Of a stretch of 50,030 nt of DNA, positions 8,427 through 24,296 are shown piece by piece. Source of the stretch: Chloroflexota bacterium. Its GTDB lineage: Bacteria; Chloroflexota; Limnocylindria; Limnocylindrales; Limnocylindraceae. The DNA lies in NCBI GenBank assembly GCA_026389555.1, contig JAPLHQ010000074.1:1-50030 (forward strand). The letters are read 5' to 3'. Below the pieces are notes generated by a model that was not told the origin of the DNA, searched no databases, and was given only the letters and a program-made list of their open reading frames with translations. Positions within the stretch are counted from its first letter, which is position 1; each line of letters begins with the position of its first letter. The position numbers and the translations under genes are program-made.

Positions 8427-11400
8427 CTACGCGGCTGGAAGTGACTCCCCTTCAGTCAGCAGGTCGAAGCGAACCGCCGCAGCGCCAACACGACCACGAA
8501 TCGCCGCGGGGAAGCTCGGATCCCACGCAACACCGGTGCGGATCTCCATCGGCAACTGCTGCGCTCCTCCCGCCTGCGGGATGTAGACGACCACCTTCGT
8601 CCCACCCGGTCGCGCACGGAGTTCCGACTTCACCACCTCCATGGCACGAATCGTCTCCTCTACTGATTGACCAGCGGTGAATCGAATGTGCAGCGCGGCA
8701 CCAGGCGGCGCTTCAACAGGATCAGCCGAAGCCTCCGCTTGTGGAACAACGGCGAGCGGTGGAGCGACCTCTCCTTCGCGCTCCTCAGGAACGAGGCCGC
8801 GCGGTAGCGCGCCAGATGGCGCGGCACTACGTGAAGGGTAGCGTCGCGGGCCGCTGCTGTTCGTTGCAAGGTGCGCCGCGATCCCCTCTGGCGTCAGTCG
8901 CTGCGCCTCCTCCCACGGGAGGACCGCCTCGCAGATGATCGACCACGTCTCACCGCGAAGTTCTGCACGGCCAGCAACAAGGAGCGCCTCACCCTCAACC
9001 CAGGCGGTGCGTGTCGCCTCCCAGGTCTTCGGGAAGGCGACCACCTCAATGCTCCCTGTTAGATCCTCAACGGTGAGAATCCCCATCGCCGCCCCCGCTT
9101 TCGTGACGAGCGTCCGAACGTTCGTGACGATCGCGCCGAGTACGACGCGCTCTTCGCTCGGTGCATCCTCACCAAAATCTCCAACGAACCCGCTGACATA
9201 CGGCGCAAGGACTGGTGCGAGCGCGTTCATCGGATGATCGGAGAGATACACGCCGAGCAGCTCTCGCTCCCAGCGGAGTCGCTCGCGCGTTGGCGCCTCA
9301 ACGGCGCTCGGAAGTTTCACCGCAACGGTTGATGCGAGTCCTGGGGATGAGTCAAAGAGCGAGACCTGGCCCGCAGCTCGCTCGCGTTGCACGCTGGCTC
9401 CGGCGGAGAGCGCATCGTCCAGCGCAAGGAGGAGCTGTGCTGGATGGCCGAACTTCTGCAGCGCACCAACCTTTGCGAGCGCCTCAAAGACGCGCTTGTT
9501 GGCGAGTCGCAAATCGATGCGCTCACAGAGGTCTTGGAGGCTGCTAAAACCACCGCCCGCTGTGCGCGCGTTGACGATTGACTCCACCGCACCAGCACCA
9601 ACATTCTTGATCGCGAGGAGACCGAAGCGGATCGCGCCCCCCTCTGGTTCAAAGTCGAGCTGCGAGCGCTCAACGTCTGGAGGAAGGATCTCAATGCCGA
9701 GGCGACGGCACTCAGCGATCGCGCTCGCCACCTTGTCCTCCTTGTTGCGGAAGGCGTTGAGCACGCTCGTCATGTACTCCACGGTGTAGTTCGCCTTCAG
9801 GTAGGCGGTCTGATAGGCGATCATTCCGTAGCAGGTGGCGTGTGCCTTGTTAAAGCCATAGTTGGCAAATGGCTCGAACGCCTGGAAGACCTGCTCGATC
9901 ACGCTTCGTGCCACGCCACGCTCTGCGGCGCTGGTAATGAACTCCTGCTTTAGTCCAGCCAGCACGTCCTCCTTCTTCTTTCGCACCGCGTAGCCGAGCG
10001 TGTCGGCTTTCGGCCCAGAGAAGCCGCCGAGCGCCGACGCCGCCGCCATGATGTCCTCCTGGTAGACGAAGACACCGTAGGTGCGTTTAAGGAATGGCTC
10101 AAGGAGCGGATGGAGATAGGTGACAGGCTCCGTTCCGTGCTTCCGCCGAATGTATGAGGGGATGTTCGCCATCGGCCCCGGCCGATAGAGCGCCACCATC
10201 GCTGCGAGATCGAAGACACTCGTTGGGCGAAGTTCCTTGATGTAGCGCCGCATCCCAGCCGACTCGAGCTGGAAGATGCCGCTCGTCTCGCCCGATGCGA
10301 GGAGGGCGAACGCCTTCGCATCGTCGAGCGGGATCGTGTCGAGGTCAATCGCAACACCGTAGGTCGCCTTGATCCGATCCACCGCCGTGCGCAAGATCGT
10401 CAGGTTTGCCAGGCCGAGGAAGTCGAACTTGAGAAGCCCGAGCGCCTCAACGCCGTGCATCTCAATCTGGGTCATCACCCCTTCGGAGTTTGTGGCGCGC
10501 TGCAGCGCCATGATCTCCGTGAGCGGCTCGCGACTGATCACCACACCTGCGGCGTGGGTGGAGGCGTTGCGCACCACACCTTCAAGCTGTTCGGCCAGGT
10601 TCACGAGTGGCGCATAGTCTGAGCTCTCAGCGAGCGCCTTGAAGTCGGAGTCCTTGCGCGCCTGGCTGAGCGTTGTGCCGAGCTTGTCTGGAACCGCCTT
10701 CGCCAGGCGGTCAACATCGCCATAGCTCTTCCCCAGGACGCGACCGACATCACGGATCGCGGCGCGTGCCGCCATCGTGCCGAAGGTGATGATCTGCGCC
10801 ACCTGGCTCTCGCCGTACTTCTGCGCAACGTAGCGAATCACCTCTTCGCGACGACCATCCTCAAAGTCGATATCAATATCTGGCATCGTCACGCGGTCCT
10901 CGTTCAGGAAGCGCTCAAACGGGAGGTCGTAGTGCAACGGATCAACCGGCGTGATGCCGAGCGCGTAGGTCACGATGGAACCTGGTGCGCTCCCTCGGCA
11001 GGTGGTGGCGATCCCCTGCTCGCGTGCGAATCGAACGAAATCGGCAACAATCAGGAAGTAAGCGCCGTAGCCCATCTTCAAGATCACGCCGAGCTCGTAC
11101 TCAAGCCGATCGCGTGCCGCGGCAGACGGTGTCCCGTAGCGGCGCAGCAGTCCGCGCTCTGCCTCCTTGCGCAACCAGCTCTCAACTGTTTCGCCCTTCG
11201 GCACCTCCACGTCTGGCATGCGCGGCTGTCCGAGCGTCAACTTGAAGTCGACCGCTTCGCTGATGGCGCGCGTATTGAGCAGCAGATCCGGGCGATCAGG
11301 GAAGAGCGACGCCATCTGCGCAGGCGACTTCAGGTAAAACTCACCACTGTTAAAGCGCATGCGACCAGGCGTCTCAAGGTTGCTTGCGGTGCCGATACAG

Positions 11401-12074
11401 AGGAGAACGTCATGCGCCTCTCGCTGCTGCGCACGGACGTAGTGAAGATCGTTCGTCAGGACGAGTGGGAGTCCAACCTCAGGTGCGAGCTTGAAGAGTT
11501 GCTCGTTCAGTCGCTTCTGCTCCGGGAGGCCGTGATCCTGTACTTCCAAGTAGAAGCGCTCCTTGCCGAAGATGTCGCCGTAGCGCCCCGCAAGTGCACG
11601 CGCATGTTCCCAGTCATCAACCTCAAGGGCACGCGCGATCTCACCGTTCAGGCAGCCGGAGAGTCCGATCAGTCCCTCGGAATACTTCGCGAGGTGATCA
11701 AGGTCGATGCGCGGCTTGTAGTACATGCCGTCGAGGTGCGCGTCGGTGACGAGACGGCAGAGGTTGCGATAGCCAACTGCGTTCGTGGCGAGCAAGACGA
11801 GATGGAAGGGCTGCTGATCAGCCTTCCCCTCCTTGTCGCCCATGCCACGACGCGCAACATACGTCTCCACGCCGATGATCGGCTTGATCCCACGCTTGGT
11901 TGCCGCCTGGACAAACTGCACCGTCCCATAAAGGGCACCGTGATCGGTAATGGCGATGGAGTCCATGCCGAGCGCCTTGGTCTCGTCCATGAGCGCATCG
12001 ATCTTGCTCATGCCGTCGAGCAGGCTGAACTCGGTGTGGACGTGGAGATGGGTGAAGTCGGGCTTCTTGCTCAC
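8427..12074 (-). CDS. dnaE: DNA polymerase III alpha subunit
   Basis: PHP domain HLHVHTEFSLLDG/ITDHG, catalytic MPDIDIDF, YGFNKAH, clamp motif QVSLF (9354-9368) and OB fold. Confidence 0.97.
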   Translation of the reverse strand: MSKKPDFTHLHVHTEFSLLDGMSKIDALMDETKALGMDSIAITDHGALYGTVQFVQAATKRGIKPIIGVETYVARRGMGDKEGKADQQPFHLVLLATNAVGYRNLCRLVTDAHLDGMYYKPRIDLDHLAKYSEGLIGLSGCLNGEIARALEVDDWEHARALAGRYGDIFGKERFYLEVQDHGLPEQKRLNEQLFKLAPEVGLPLVLTNDLHYVRAQQREAHDVLLCIGTASNLETPGRMRFNSGEFYLKSPAQMASLFPDRPDLLLNTRAISEAVDFKLTLGQPRMPDVEVPKGETVESWLRKEAERGLLRRYGTPSAAARDRLEYELGVILKMGYGAYFLIVADFVRFAREQGIATTCRGSAPGSIVTYALGITPVDPLHYDLPFERFLNEDRVTMPDIDIDFEDGRREEVIRYVAQKYGESQVAQIITFGTMAARAAIRDVGRVLGKSYGDVDRLAKAVPDKLGTTLSQARKDSDFKALAESSDYAPLVNLAEQLEGVVRNASTHAAGVVISREPLTEIMALQRATNSEGVMTQIEMHGVEALGLLKFDFLGLANLTILRTAVDRIKATYGVAIDLDTIPLDDAKAFALLASGETSGIFQLESAGMRRYIKELRPTSVFDLAAMVALYRPGPMANIPSYIRRKHGTEPVTYLHPLLEPFLKRTYGVFVYQEDIMAAASALGGFSGPKADTLGYAVRKKKEDVLAGLKQEFITSAAERGVARSVIEQVFQAFEPFANYGFNKAHATCYGMIAYQTAYLKANYTVEYMTSVLNAFRNKEDKVASAIAECRRLGIEILPPDVERSQLDFEPEGGAIRFGLLAIKNVGAGAVESIVNARTAGGGFSSLQDLCERIDLRLANKRVFEALAKVGALQKFGHPAQLLLALDDALSAGASVQRERAAGQVSLFDSSPGLASTVAVKLPSAVEAPTRERLRWERELLGVYLSDHPMNALAPVLAPYVSGFVGDFGEDAPSEERVVLGAIVTNVRTLVTKAGAAMGILTVEDLTGSIEVVAFPKTWEATRTAWVEGEALLVAGRAELRGETWSIICEAVLPWEEAQRLTPEGIAAHLATNSSGPRRYPSRSAAPSGALPRGLVPEEREGEVAPPLAVVPQAEASADPVEAPPGAALHIRFTAGQSVEETIRAMEVVKSELRARPGGTKVVVYIPQAGGAQQLPMEIRTGVAWDPSFPAAIRGRVGAAAVRFDLLTEGESLPAA

Positions 12075-12107
12075 GGGGGGAGTCTACCGAGCGCGTAGGA
12101 TTAGCCG

Positions 12108-12626
12108 ATGGACGAGCGCGAACGAGCGAGGATCAGGGCGGCGATCGACGCCGCAGAGGGGGGCGGCGGCGTGCCACCCGCCTCAAACGAGCAGCTCCGC
12201 CACCTCCTCGCCGGCAGTCGCACCATCGCTGTGGTTGGCGCCTCGCCGAAACCTGACCGCCCCTCGCACGGCGTCCTGCTCGCCCTTCAATCTGCTGGCT
12301 GGCGCATCCTCCCAGTCAACCCTGCCGCAAACGCACTGGCCGATGGAGTTGCCGGACTCCCCTGCTATCCGAACCTTGCCGCCGCAGCAGCATCACTTCC
12401 AAACGGGGAACGCATTGACCTCGTTGATGTCTTTCGCCGTCCAGAAGATTGCGCCGCCGTGACGCGGGAGGCGATCGCAGCTGGCGCAGGTGCGATCTGG
12501 TTGCAACTCGGCATCATCAGTCCAGAGGCTGCGGCGCTCGCCGCAGAGGCGGGCATCCCGTTCGTCCAAGATCGCTGCACGGCGATCGAGGTGCAGCGCC
12601 TCCAGATTTCAGCACCGAACGCCTAA
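12108..12626 (+). CDS. CoA-binding protein (YccU-like)
   Basis: TIAVVGASPKPDRPS, PVNP, IDLVDVFR, IWLQLGI and VQDRC motifs. Confidence 0.9.
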   Translation: MDERERARIRAAIDAAEGGGGVPPASNEQLRHLLAGSRTIAVVGASPKPDRPSHGVLLALQSAGWRILPVNPAANALADGVAGLPCYPNLAAAAASLPNGERIDLVDVFRRPEDCAAVTREAIAAGAGAIWLQLGIISPEAAALAAEAGIPFVQDRCTAIEVQRLQISAPNA

Positions 12627-12634
12627 CGAAGGAG

Positions 12635-12916
12635 TTAGCGGAGCGGCGGAAAGAGGGCAAGCGCAATCCCAACGATGGAGGCAACGCCAACGCCGGCGAG
12701 GCGCTTCAGCCGCGAAGCGATCAGCTGCCCCTCAAGGCGATCCAGAACGTCGGGACCAGCGCCAGGCGCGCCGCGCCACTCGCTATAGCGCTTCGCTCCG
12801 CCAACACGCGTCTGATGGAGCTGATACTGCGTGAGCAGTGGTGGGAGCTGGCGTGCGAGATAGAGGAGGCCAGCCACCCCAAAGCCTCCGGTGACAAGGC
12901 GAACGATATCGAGCAT
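12635..12916 (-). CDS. Small hypothetical two-TM membrane protein
   Basis: ATG at 12916 lies 1 nt after the gatB stop. Hydrophobic N- and C-terminal segments. Confidence 0.6.
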   Translation of the reverse strand: MLDIVRLVTGGFGVAGLLYLARQLPPLLTQYQLHQTRVGGAKRYSEWRGAPGAGPDVLDRLEGQLIASRLKRLAGVGVASIVGIALALFPPLR

Positions 12917-12917
12917 C

Positions 12918-14351
12918 TCAGCGATCGAGTGCTGCGCGAATGAGTTCGCCAAGGAGCGCCGCGTCGCCACGCCCCTTGCTCGCCTTCATCGCCTGACCAA
13001 CGAGGAAGCTCACCGCCTGCTGCTTCCCCGCCTTCCAGTCGGCGATCGCTTGCGGGTTTGCGGCGATCACGTCCGCAATGATCTTCTCTAGTGCGCCAGT
13101 GTCACTGATCTGGCCGAGTCCACGTGAGGCGATCACCTCACGAATGTTGAGCGGCGTCGTGATCATCTCGGCGAAGAGCGCCTTCGCAGTGGTGCCGTTG
13201 ATCTCCTTGCTCGCAACCGCGGCGACGAGCGCAGCAAACTGGACCGGATCTGGGTCAGCCGCCCCCTCTTTCGTCACACGGAGGTATTCGCCGCTCACCC
13301 AATTGGCAAGCAGTTTCGCGTCCAGCTCCTTCTGAGCGGCACGTGCCGCCTCAAAGAGGGCGGCGGCGCGTGGCTCGGCAACCAGGACGCTCGCGTCATA
13401 TTCGGTGAGCCCGAGCTCGCTAACGTAGCGAGCGCGGCGCGTCCCAGGAAGCTCAGGGAGTCCAGCAACGATCGCTGCGAGCCAGGCGGGATCAATGTCG
13501 AGTGGTGGGAGGTCCGGCTCAGGGAAGTAGCGGTAGTCGTGCGAGTCCTCCTTCGCACGCATCGTGTAGGTGGTCTCACTCCCCTCGTCCCATCCACGCG
13601 TCTCTTGCGTGATCGAGCCACCAGCGTCGAGCACTTCAGCCTGGCGCGCCATCTCGTAGGCGATCGCTCGCTCAACAGAGCGGAACGAGTTCATGTTCTT
13701 CACCTCAACGCGGAGTCCGAACGGCGCGTCGCTTGATGGTCGAAGTGAGATGTTCGCCTCCACGCGCATCTGGCCGTTCTCCATCTCAGCGTCCGCCGCG
13801 CCGATCGTGCGCAGGAGGAGGCGGAGCTCTTCTGCATAGCGGCGCGCCGTCTCGCCATCTCGGATGTCTGGCTCGGTGACGATCTCAAGGAGGGCGACAC
13901 CAGAGCGGTTGTAATCGATGAGGCTCGCCCGCGTGCCGTCAGCCCCCTTCTCATGGCGCAGCCGCGCCGTATCCTCCTCTAGGTGTGCGCGTCGAATCCG
14001 GACGGAGCCAGCGCCAGCGCTCGTAGTGACAGGGATGCTGCCGTGCTCCGCAAGAGGAAGATCAAGCTGGCTGATCTGGTAACCCTTCGGCAGGTCTGGG
14101 TAGAAGTAGTTCTTCCGATCCCAACGTGTCGTTGCAGGGCTCTTCGCACCGATCGCGGCGCCCACAGCGAGCACCTTCTCGATGGCGGTGCGGTTTGGCA
14201 CAGGGAGGGCGCCTGGGAGGCCGAGGCAGGTTGGGCAGGTGCGCGTGTTTGGCGCGTCACCCTCTGCGGGGATCGCGCAGGGGCAGAACATCTTGGTCGC
14301 GGTGCGCAACTGCACGTGAATCTCAATACCGATCACCGCCTCCCAGCTCAT
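12918..14351 (-). CDS. gatB: Asp-tRNA(Asn)/Glu-tRNA(Gln) amidotransferase subunit B
   Basis: VIGIEIHVQL, RKNYFYPDLPKGYQISQ, HLEED, DYRYFPEPDL and a YqeY-like tail. Confidence 0.97.
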   Translation of the reverse strand: MSWEAVIGIEIHVQLRTATKMFCPCAIPAEGDAPNTRTCPTCLGLPGALPVPNRTAIEKVLAVGAAIGAKSPATTRWDRKNYFYPDLPKGYQISQLDLPLAEHGSIPVTTSAGAGSVRIRRAHLEEDTARLRHEKGADGTRASLIDYNRSGVALLEIVTEPDIRDGETARRYAEELRLLLRTIGAADAEMENGQMRVEANISLRPSSDAPFGLRVEVKNMNSFRSVERAIAYEMARQAEVLDAGGSITQETRGWDEGSETTYTMRAKEDSHDYRYFPEPDLPPLDIDPAWLAAIVAGLPELPGTRRARYVSELGLTEYDASVLVAEPRAAALFEAARAAQKELDAKLLANWVSGEYLRVTKEGAADPDPVQFAALVAAVASKEINGTTAKALFAEMITTPLNIREVIASRGLGQISDTGALEKIIADVIAANPQAIADWKAGKQQAVSFLVGQAMKASKGRGDAALLGELIRAALDR

Positions 14352-15532
14352 ACGGCAGCCCCCTTCAGTGAGGCGACAAAGCGTCCGATGCGGACGAGTG
14401 CTTCGCGCAGCTTCTCTTCTGACACCGCGTAGCAGATGCGCACATGACCACGACCACTTGCGCCAAATGCCGAACCAGGAATCACCGCAACTCGCTCCTC
14501 TTGCAGGAGGCGCTCAGCGAACTCCTCATCACTGATGCCGAGCGATGAGATGTCTGGGAAGGCGTAGAAGGCACCCTTCGGCGCGCCGGTCGGCAGCTTC
14601 AGCGCGGCGAGTCCATCCAGGACGATACTGCGACGACGCGCATATGCGGCACGCATCTCTTCAAGCGCCGGCTCACCGTTGCGGAGCGCCTCAAGTGCGG
14701 CGTCTTGCGACGGCGTTGGCGCGCTCATGATCGCGTACTGATGAATCTTGACGAGGCCCGCAATGATCTCCGCTGGCGCGCAGAGGAAGCCCACACGCCA
14801 CCCGGTCATCGCGTACGACTTTGAGAAGCCACCGATCAGGATCGTACGCTCCTTCATCCCAGGGTATGCAGAGATCGCGCGATGCTCTGGCCCCTCATAG
14901 ACGAGACGGTCGTAGATCTCGTCACTGATCACGAGCAGGTCGTGCGCTACGGCAATGCGTGCGAGTTCGGCGCGCGTTGCCTCATCGAGCGTTGCGCCGG
15001 TGGGATTCGCCGGATAGCCGAGGAAGAGCGCCTTCGCCCCTGGCGCCGCGGCAGCAACCGCGGCGGTATCCAGGCGCCAACCATCTGCCGCACTCGTTGG
15101 AATTGAGCGCACCTCGCCACCAGCAAATATCACGGCGGGGAGATAGGCAACGTATGAAGGCTCCGGAAGGATGAGGATCTCTCCCGGATTGATCGTGCCG
15201 CGAATAGCGAGGTCGACCGCTTCGGACGCGCCGATCGTGACCACAATCTCGGTCGCTGGGTCGTAGCGCACCCCAGATCGCTCGAAGATCTTGTCGGCAA
15301 TGGCGGCGCGCAGCTCAGGCGTCCCGTAGTTCGACGTGTAGTGCGTGCGACCGGCCCGCAAGCTGCTGATTGCCGCCTCGGTGATGTGGCTCGGCGTATC
15401 AAAATCTGGCTCGCCAACGCCGAGGCTGATGACGTCCTGCATCTGCGCGGCGATATCAAAGAAGCGGCGAATGCCGGATGGTGGCACCGCATGCACGCGA
15501 TCGGCGAGGGTGCGCTGTGCGAAGTCGCTCAT
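14348..15532 (-). CDS. PLP-dependent aminotransferase class I/II
   Basis: ISLGVGEPDF, PANPTGA, ISDEIYD and GFSKSYAMTGWRVG (PLP Lys). Start ATG 15532 overlaps the gatA stop. Confidence 0.93.
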   Translation of the reverse strand: MSDFAQRTLADRVHAVPPSGIRRFFDIAAQMQDVISLGVGEPDFDTPSHITEAAISSLRAGRTHYTSNYGTPELRAAIADKIFERSGVRYDPATEIVVTIGASEAVDLAIRGTINPGEILILPEPSYVAYLPAVIFAGGEVRSIPTSAADGWRLDTAAVAAAAPGAKALFLGYPANPTGATLDEATRAELARIAVAHDLLVISDEIYDRLVYEGPEHRAISAYPGMKERTILIGGFSKSYAMTGWRVGFLCAPAEIIAGLVKIHQYAIMSAPTPSQDAALEALRNGEPALEEMRAAYARRRSIVLDGLAALKLPTGAPKGAFYAFPDISSLGISDEEFAERLLQEERVAVIPGSAFGASGRGHVRICYAVSEEKLREALVRIGRFVASLKGAAV

Positions 15533-17070
15533 GCGGCACCTCCAAGGGCAGCGAGGTCGGTGGGATCCTGGTCGCGCCACGACGCGTTGGCGCTGAGCGC
15601 CTCGTACCCTGCAGCGATTGAGAGAAGCCCCGCCTCGCTCCACGGTGCACCGATCAGTTGCAAGCCGACGGGGAGCCCTTCCGAGAGTCCGCACGGAGTA
15701 CTGAGCCCGGGGAGGCCCGCCATGTTCGTTGGGATCGTGCAGGCGTCAGCCAGATACATAGCAACAGGGTCACTCATCTTTGCGCCAAACTTCCACGCCA
15801 CCGACGGGCTCGCCGGTGCCACGATCGCGTCATACCCCGCCGCCCAGATGCGATCAAAGTCGCGGGCAATCAGGGTGCGCACCTTCTGTGCCTTCAGGTA
15901 GTAGGCGTCGTAGAAACCCGCGGAGAGCGCATAGGTGCCGAGCATGATGCGTCGGCGCACCTCTGGGCCAAATCCACGACCCCGCGTGGCGAGATAGCCG
16001 TCGAGGAGATCGCCGCCACCATGCTTTGACGCGCCGTAGCGAATCCCGTCGTAGCGCGCCAGATTCGCGGAGGCTTCGGCGGGGGCCACGATGTAGTACG
16101 TGGCGAGCGCATGCTCTGTGGTTGGAAGGCTCACCTCATCGATGACCGCACCCGCTGACTGCAGCGCCGCAACTGCGGCACGCACCGCCGCCTCAACGCC
16201 AGGCTCCATCCCCGCCACGAAGTACTCCTTCGGCAGGGCGAAGCGCTTCCCCTTCAGTGCACTCGCCGCCTGATCTCCTTGCGGGAGCTTGAGCAGTGCG
16301 GCATCAACTGGCGTTACGGAGCTTGTCGCGTCGCGCGGATCGGATCCTGCAATGGCGTGAAGCAGAAGTGCCACATCTTGTGCGCTACGAGCGAACGGCC
16401 CGATCTGATCAAGCGATGAGGCGAACGCAACAATCCCGTAGCGCGAGACACGGCCGTACGTTGGCTTCATCCCAGTAATCCCTGTAAGGCTCGCCGGCTG
16501 ACGAATTGAGCCCCCCGTGTCACTGCCGATACTGAGCGGCGCATGTAGTGCCGCCACTGCTGATGCCGATCCCCCAGACGAACCTCCTGGTACGCGTTCG
16601 CGATCCCACGGATTAACGGTGCGCTTGTAGGCACTGAACTCCGTCGAGGAGCCCATCGCGAACTCGTCCATGTTCGTCTTTCCAAGGATCAGTGCGCCGG
16701 CCGCCTTGAGCTTGGCGGCGATCGTTGCGTCATACGGACTGACGTAGCCCTCAAGGATCTTGGAGCCAGCGGTTGTTGGCGTGCCAATCATGTTGACGAG
16801 ATCTTTCAGCGCCACAGGGACACCGAGGAGTGGTGGGAGCGCATCAAGCGCTGCTGCTCCGGACGCGCGTGCCGCCGCGTACGTGACCTCTGCGGCCGCC
16901 GCCTCTCTCCGCACCTCATCACCGCGAAGATGCAACCAGGCGCCGAGCGCCGTATCCTCGCGCTGGATCGCAACAAGGAGCGCATCTACCGCCTCTACTG
17001 GCGTGAACTCACCGCTGCAATATCCGGCACGCAGTTGTGCAGCGGTGGCGCGACGAAGGTCGGCACTCAT
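15529..17070 (-). CDS. gatA: Amidotransferase subunit A
   Basis: Amidase signature GKTNMDEFAMGSS, PGGSSGGS, GSDTGGSIRQPA and RRIMLGTY. Start ATG 17070 overlaps the gatC stop. Confidence 0.97.
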   Translation of the reverse strand: MSADLRRATAAQLRAGYCSGEFTPVEAVDALLVAIQREDTALGAWLHLRGDEVRREAAAAEVTYAAARASGAAALDALPPLLGVPVALKDLVNMIGTPTTAGSKILEGYVSPYDATIAAKLKAAGALILGKTNMDEFAMGSSTEFSAYKRTVNPWDRERVPGGSSGGSASAVAALHAPLSIGSDTGGSIRQPASLTGITGMKPTYGRVSRYGIVAFASSLDQIGPFARSAQDVALLLHAIAGSDPRDATSSVTPVDAALLKLPQGDQAASALKGKRFALPKEYFVAGMEPGVEAAVRAAVAALQSAGAVIDEVSLPTTEHALATYYIVAPAEASANLARYDGIRYGASKHGGGDLLDGYLATRGRGFGPEVRRRIMLGTYALSAGFYDAYYLKAQKVRTLIARDFDRIWAAGYDAIVAPASPSVAWKFGAKMSDPVAMYLADACTIPTNMAGLPGLSTPCGLSEGLPVGLQLIGAPWSEAGLLSIAAGYEALSANASWRDQDPTDLAALGGAA

Positions 17071-17372
17071 CCGTCCGCCTCCTCGCTGAGGATCGCTTGG
17101 ACGCGAACGAAGTCGCCACTCCGTGATGGCGCGTTCTGCAGTGCCGCATCTACAGAGAGGGAGGGGCGCGGCGTATCGTCGCGAAGCGGCATCGGCTGAA
17201 CGATCGTCTGCGCGCTCGCAGGAACGCTCGACGTGTCCACCTCGGCGAGGCGAGCCCACTGCTCAAGAATCAGGTTGAGGTCGCCCTGCAACTTCTCCAC
17301 CTCGTCACCCGTCAGCCCGAGACGCGCGAGGGCGGCGACCTTCTCGACCTCGGCGCGGGTGAGTTTGCTCAT
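17067..17372 (-). CDS. gatC: Amidotransferase subunit C
   Basis: VEKVAALARL...LRDD...NAP pattern, directly upstream of gatA. Confidence 0.93.
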   Translation of the reverse strand: MSKLTRAEVEKVAALARLGLTGDEVEKLQGDLNLILEQWARLAEVDTSSVPASAQTIVQPMPLRDDTPRPSLSVDAALQNAPSRSGDFVRVQAILSEEADG

Positions 17373-17381
17373 GCGGGAATC

Positions 17382-22066
<4,685 letters not shown>

Positions 22067-22149
22067 CGGTTGATTCTACCGCCCACACCTCACGCGCCAG
22101 TCTCGGCGCGCCCCCAACGCCCCACAGGCCAGAAGCGGGCGGAGATAGC

Positions 22150-22182
22150 GCGAGGGCTCCCAGCACGGCTGGGGGCCCTCGC
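22150..22182 (-). terminator. GC-rich stem-loop downstream of groEL, probable intrinsic terminator without a U-tract
   Basis: Inverted repeat GCGAGGGCTCCCAGC-ACG-GCTGGGGGCCCTCGC, about 23 nt past the groEL stop. Confidence 0.6.
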
Positions 22183-22204
22183 AGATCTGCGAAACGATCA
22201 GCGA

Positions 22205-23839
<1,635 letters not shown>

Positions 23840-23878
23840 CTACTTTCTTGCTCTACTTACTACTGCTGAATAACTCAG

Positions 23879-24178
23879 TTATTCGACGATCGCGAGGATA
23901 TCCTTCGCGCCGACGATCAGATACTCGGCGCCGTCGAGCTTGAACTCGGTGCCGGCGTACTTCGCATGGAGGACGCGATCCCCCACCTTCACGTCGATCG
24001 GCTCACGCTTCCCGTCATCAAGGATGCGGCCTGGACCAACGGAGACGACTTCGCCCTCTTGTGGCTTCTCCTGCGCCGTGTCTGGAAGGATGATGCCGCT
24101 CGCCGTCTTCTCGTCGCGCGGGACCGGCTTGACGACGACTCGGTCGCCGAGGGGTCGGAGTGATGCCTTCTTCGCCAT
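23879..24178 (-). CDS. groS: Co-chaperonin GroES
   Basis: LRPLGDRVVVK and TASGIILPDTAQEKPQEG. AGGAGG SD before ATG 24178. Confidence 0.97.
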   Translation of the reverse strand: MAKKASLRPLGDRVVVKPVPRDEKTASGIILPDTAQEKPQEGEVVSVGPGRILDDGKREPIDVKVGDRVLHAKYAGTEFKLDGAEYLIVGAKDILAIVE

Positions 24179-24258
24179 GGTGTTTGACCTCCTGCTAAGC
24201 AGCGTGGCGCTCGCCCGCTGCAATGTTCACAGCGCGCACTGCTCGTGCGCTTGCTTCG

Positions 24259-24288
24259 ATGTTAGCACTCTCCCTTGCCGAGTGCCAA
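24259..24288 (-). promoter_or_regulatory. CIRCE operator (HrcA) overlapping a putative sigma-A promoter of groES-groEL
   Basis: TTAGCACTC-N9-GAGTGCCAA at 24262-24288, one mismatch to the CIRCE consensus. On the minus strand it reads TTGGCA-N18-TAACAT with an extended TG. Confidence 0.9.
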
Positions 24289-24296
24289 CACCACGC

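Noticed and set aside
8427-12074. Intein or split in dnaE
   Set aside because: Length and motif spacing are normal, and I see no intein splice motifs.
15533-15694. Extended N-termini from the ORF track (aminotransferase, gatA, mutM, tatD, groES, murG, nadE)
   Set aside because: Most extensions overlap upstream genes. Downstream starts fit conserved N-termini, SD sites or stop/start coupling better.
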